This document shows positions 61,794 to 64,000 of a stretch of DNA of 64,000 nt, piece by piece (position 1 is the stretch's first letter; each line of letters starts with the position of its first letter). The notes below the pieces were generated by a model. That model saw only the letters and a list, made by a program, of their open reading frames with translations, had not been told where the DNA came from and did not search any database. Where the stretch lies: assembly GCF_036365525.1 (NCBI RefSeq), contig NC_090393.1, forward strand, positions 54,576,488 through 54,640,487, written 5' to 3'. The position numbers were made by a program, and so were the translations under genes. The stretch is from Heterodontus francisci (Eukaryota).

Positions 61794-63049
61794 ACGACAA
61801 TTCCGCTATCTCGTGTGTTGTTATTGTTCTGTGCCGTTGGGTCTGAAACAATTGTTAGCAACTTCCTACATGTGATTAGTTTTATTTTTGCGACATTCTG
61901 CACATTTTATGAAAGTCTTTGACAGCAGTCGGAATAACGAAGACGTGGAAGTAATCTGGCAACATATTTTTAAAGATAGACCTGGCTGAATTTTATCCGT
62001 GTAGGGATGGAGCTGAACCATTTGTCAGTGTTTATGACAAGAATTCAAAGCACTTGGTGCAAGTGTTTCTAAATCATCTGGTTACACAAATTCAGGGCAA
62101 ACCCTGGGACCGCCTCTCTTTTGGAGACCCCGCACCTAACGCGGTGCAATTTCTGACACTGCATTCTTTTTTCAAAATTATCCGATGACATTAATTGGTC
62201 AATAATGGTTAGATTGAATCAGGCTCTTTTAGAAGCAAGTCAAACAGTCATAACTAGAGATTCCTTGAGGCTTTTGACCGAAACCAGCTCATATAACAGT
62301 TGCGCTTTTTAAATTCAGCCTCACACAAATCACCAACTCGGTGCAGTATCCGTTTGGTCTTCTTTGTTCAGACTGATGTAGGTCTACGGTACATAAATCG
62401 TTAAAAGTAGCATTATTAGTTGTTAAGGCCATAGCGAGTGAAAACAAAGTGCCAGCTAATTTCTATTGGAATAGAATACAACAGCAGGGGGGTTTATGTT
62501 AGATTTATACAGAACTGTGCTCAGCATTGGACTCCATACTACAAATGATACTGAAGGACTTGAGAAAGTGCCGAACGTATCTGCAATGTTGTTACTCGAA
62601 TTGGGATGATGCAACTATCAGGTAAATTAGCATGTTGGGCAATTTTCCCTTATTATGAGAGGACTGAGTATAATTTAAAGAGGGCTTTAAAATTATGAAG
62701 TGCGACAGGATTGACGTGCAGAAACTGTTTCCACGGTGCGTTAGACCAGAACAGAGAGGCGTAAATATCAGATCTGCACGTACCGATTAAATCAATAGTT
62801 TACTTGAAGATACGGATTGGTGCTTGATTGGGAGGTAGGAGAGGGAGAATAAGCTTTCGTGTTTCATTCTCTGATTGGTTGGACGTGACAAACGGAATTC
62901 CGAAGGGATTAGTTCTTCCAGCACAGCTTTTCGCCATATATATTAATGAAGTCATACAGAGTCATACAAGTCATAAACAAGTTGCAAATCACACCAAATT
63001 CGGAGGTCGAGTAACTTTTGCCTCTCCTCAATGGAAAAAAAACCCTCTC

Positions 63050-64000
63050 AGAAATATTGAAGAACCAAGGGACTAGCAAAAATGAGGAACTGAAAGAAAT
63101 TAGTATTCGTAAAAAAGTAGTACCAGGGAATGATTAGGACTGAAAGTTGATAAATCCCCTGGAACTGATGTTTAACATGCCACACTGTTGAAAGTGTTGG
63201 CTGGAGAGACAGTGGATGCGTTGGTGATCATCTTCCAAAATTCTATAGATTCTGCAATTGTTCCTGCAGATTGAATGGTAGCAAATGTAACCCTACTAAT
63301 TAAGAAAGGAAGGAGAGAGCAAATGGGAACCACAGACCTGTTTTCCTGACAGTAGTAGGGAAAATGCTAGAATCTAATATAAAGAATGTTATAACCGGAC
63401 AGTTACAAAATAATAGTAGGATTGGGCAGGGTCAATAGGGATCTGTGAAAGAGAAATCATTTGACAAACAGTTTTTGAGGATGTTACCAGCAGAATAGAT
63501 AAGGCGAAGCCATGGATGTGGTGTGTTTGAATTTTCAGAAGACTTTTGATAAGGTCCCATTCAGGTTAGTCAGCAAAATTAGAACACATGGGATTGGGGG
63601 TAATAGACTGACATGGATTGAGAATTGGTTAATAGACAGAAAACAGAGAGTAGGAAAAAATGGTCATTCTCAGGTTAGTAGGCTTTGGATCACTGCTTGT
63701 GTGCCGGCTAATCACAATCTAAATCAATGAATTGCCGCCAAGTCTGCTGACGACACAAAATCAGGTGGGAATGTGATTTGTGAGGAGGATGCAAAGAGTC
63801 TTCAAGGGGATGCAAACAGGTTAAGTGAGTGGGCAAGAATATGATTGATGGAATATAATGTGGAAAAATATGAGGTTATCCACTTTGTTAGGAAAAAACA
63901 GAAATGCAGAGTATTTCTTAAATGGTGAGAGATTGCGAAGTGTTGATGTCCAAAGGGACCTGGGTGACTTTGTTCATAAGTCATTGAATGCTAACATGCA
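63050..64000 (+). mobile_element. Degenerate CR1 RT fragment running off the window end
   Basis: KVDKSPG, NFQKTFDKVP, WIENWL and ADDTK motifs with stops. Confidence 0.8.

Overview
Eukaryotic, repeat-dense genomic DNA from a cartilaginous fish, most likely a shark. This is inferred from the germline-joined lambda-type Ig light chain and the CR1/SINE/Penelope repeat content. The only intact host gene is an immunoglobulin light-chain cluster on the + strand: octamer promoter (~55394), leader exon 55525-55573, a germline-joined VJ exon 55718-56065 with no RSS, and a C exon 61259-61581, giving a 239-aa precursor. A second, pseudogenised C exon (5021-7724) is split by an RTE LINE with a 24-bp target-site duplication (TSD). 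Most of the rest is nested mobile DNA: two CR1-clade families, Harbinger relics and MITEs, Gypsy and Tx1/L1 fragments, SINEs, a Penelope-like element with hammerhead-like motifs, and a 4.3-kb Mutator-like (MULE) element. The most notable observations are: (1) the MULE-like element, which has imperfect terminal inverted repeats (TIRs), a 9-bp TSD, a SWIM finger, promoter-motif-rich ends and a higher-order 60-bp minisatellite; (2) a CR1-clade LINE whose 5' end is a tRNA-like Pol III head, with a SINE in the same window that is that LINE's 5' end joined to its 3' tail; (3) a gene-conversion-like identity mosaic between the two C exons; (4) an RTE ORF in register with the Ig C frame at both junctions. 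Repeat boundaries without a TSD are approximate, and all alignments were done by eye.
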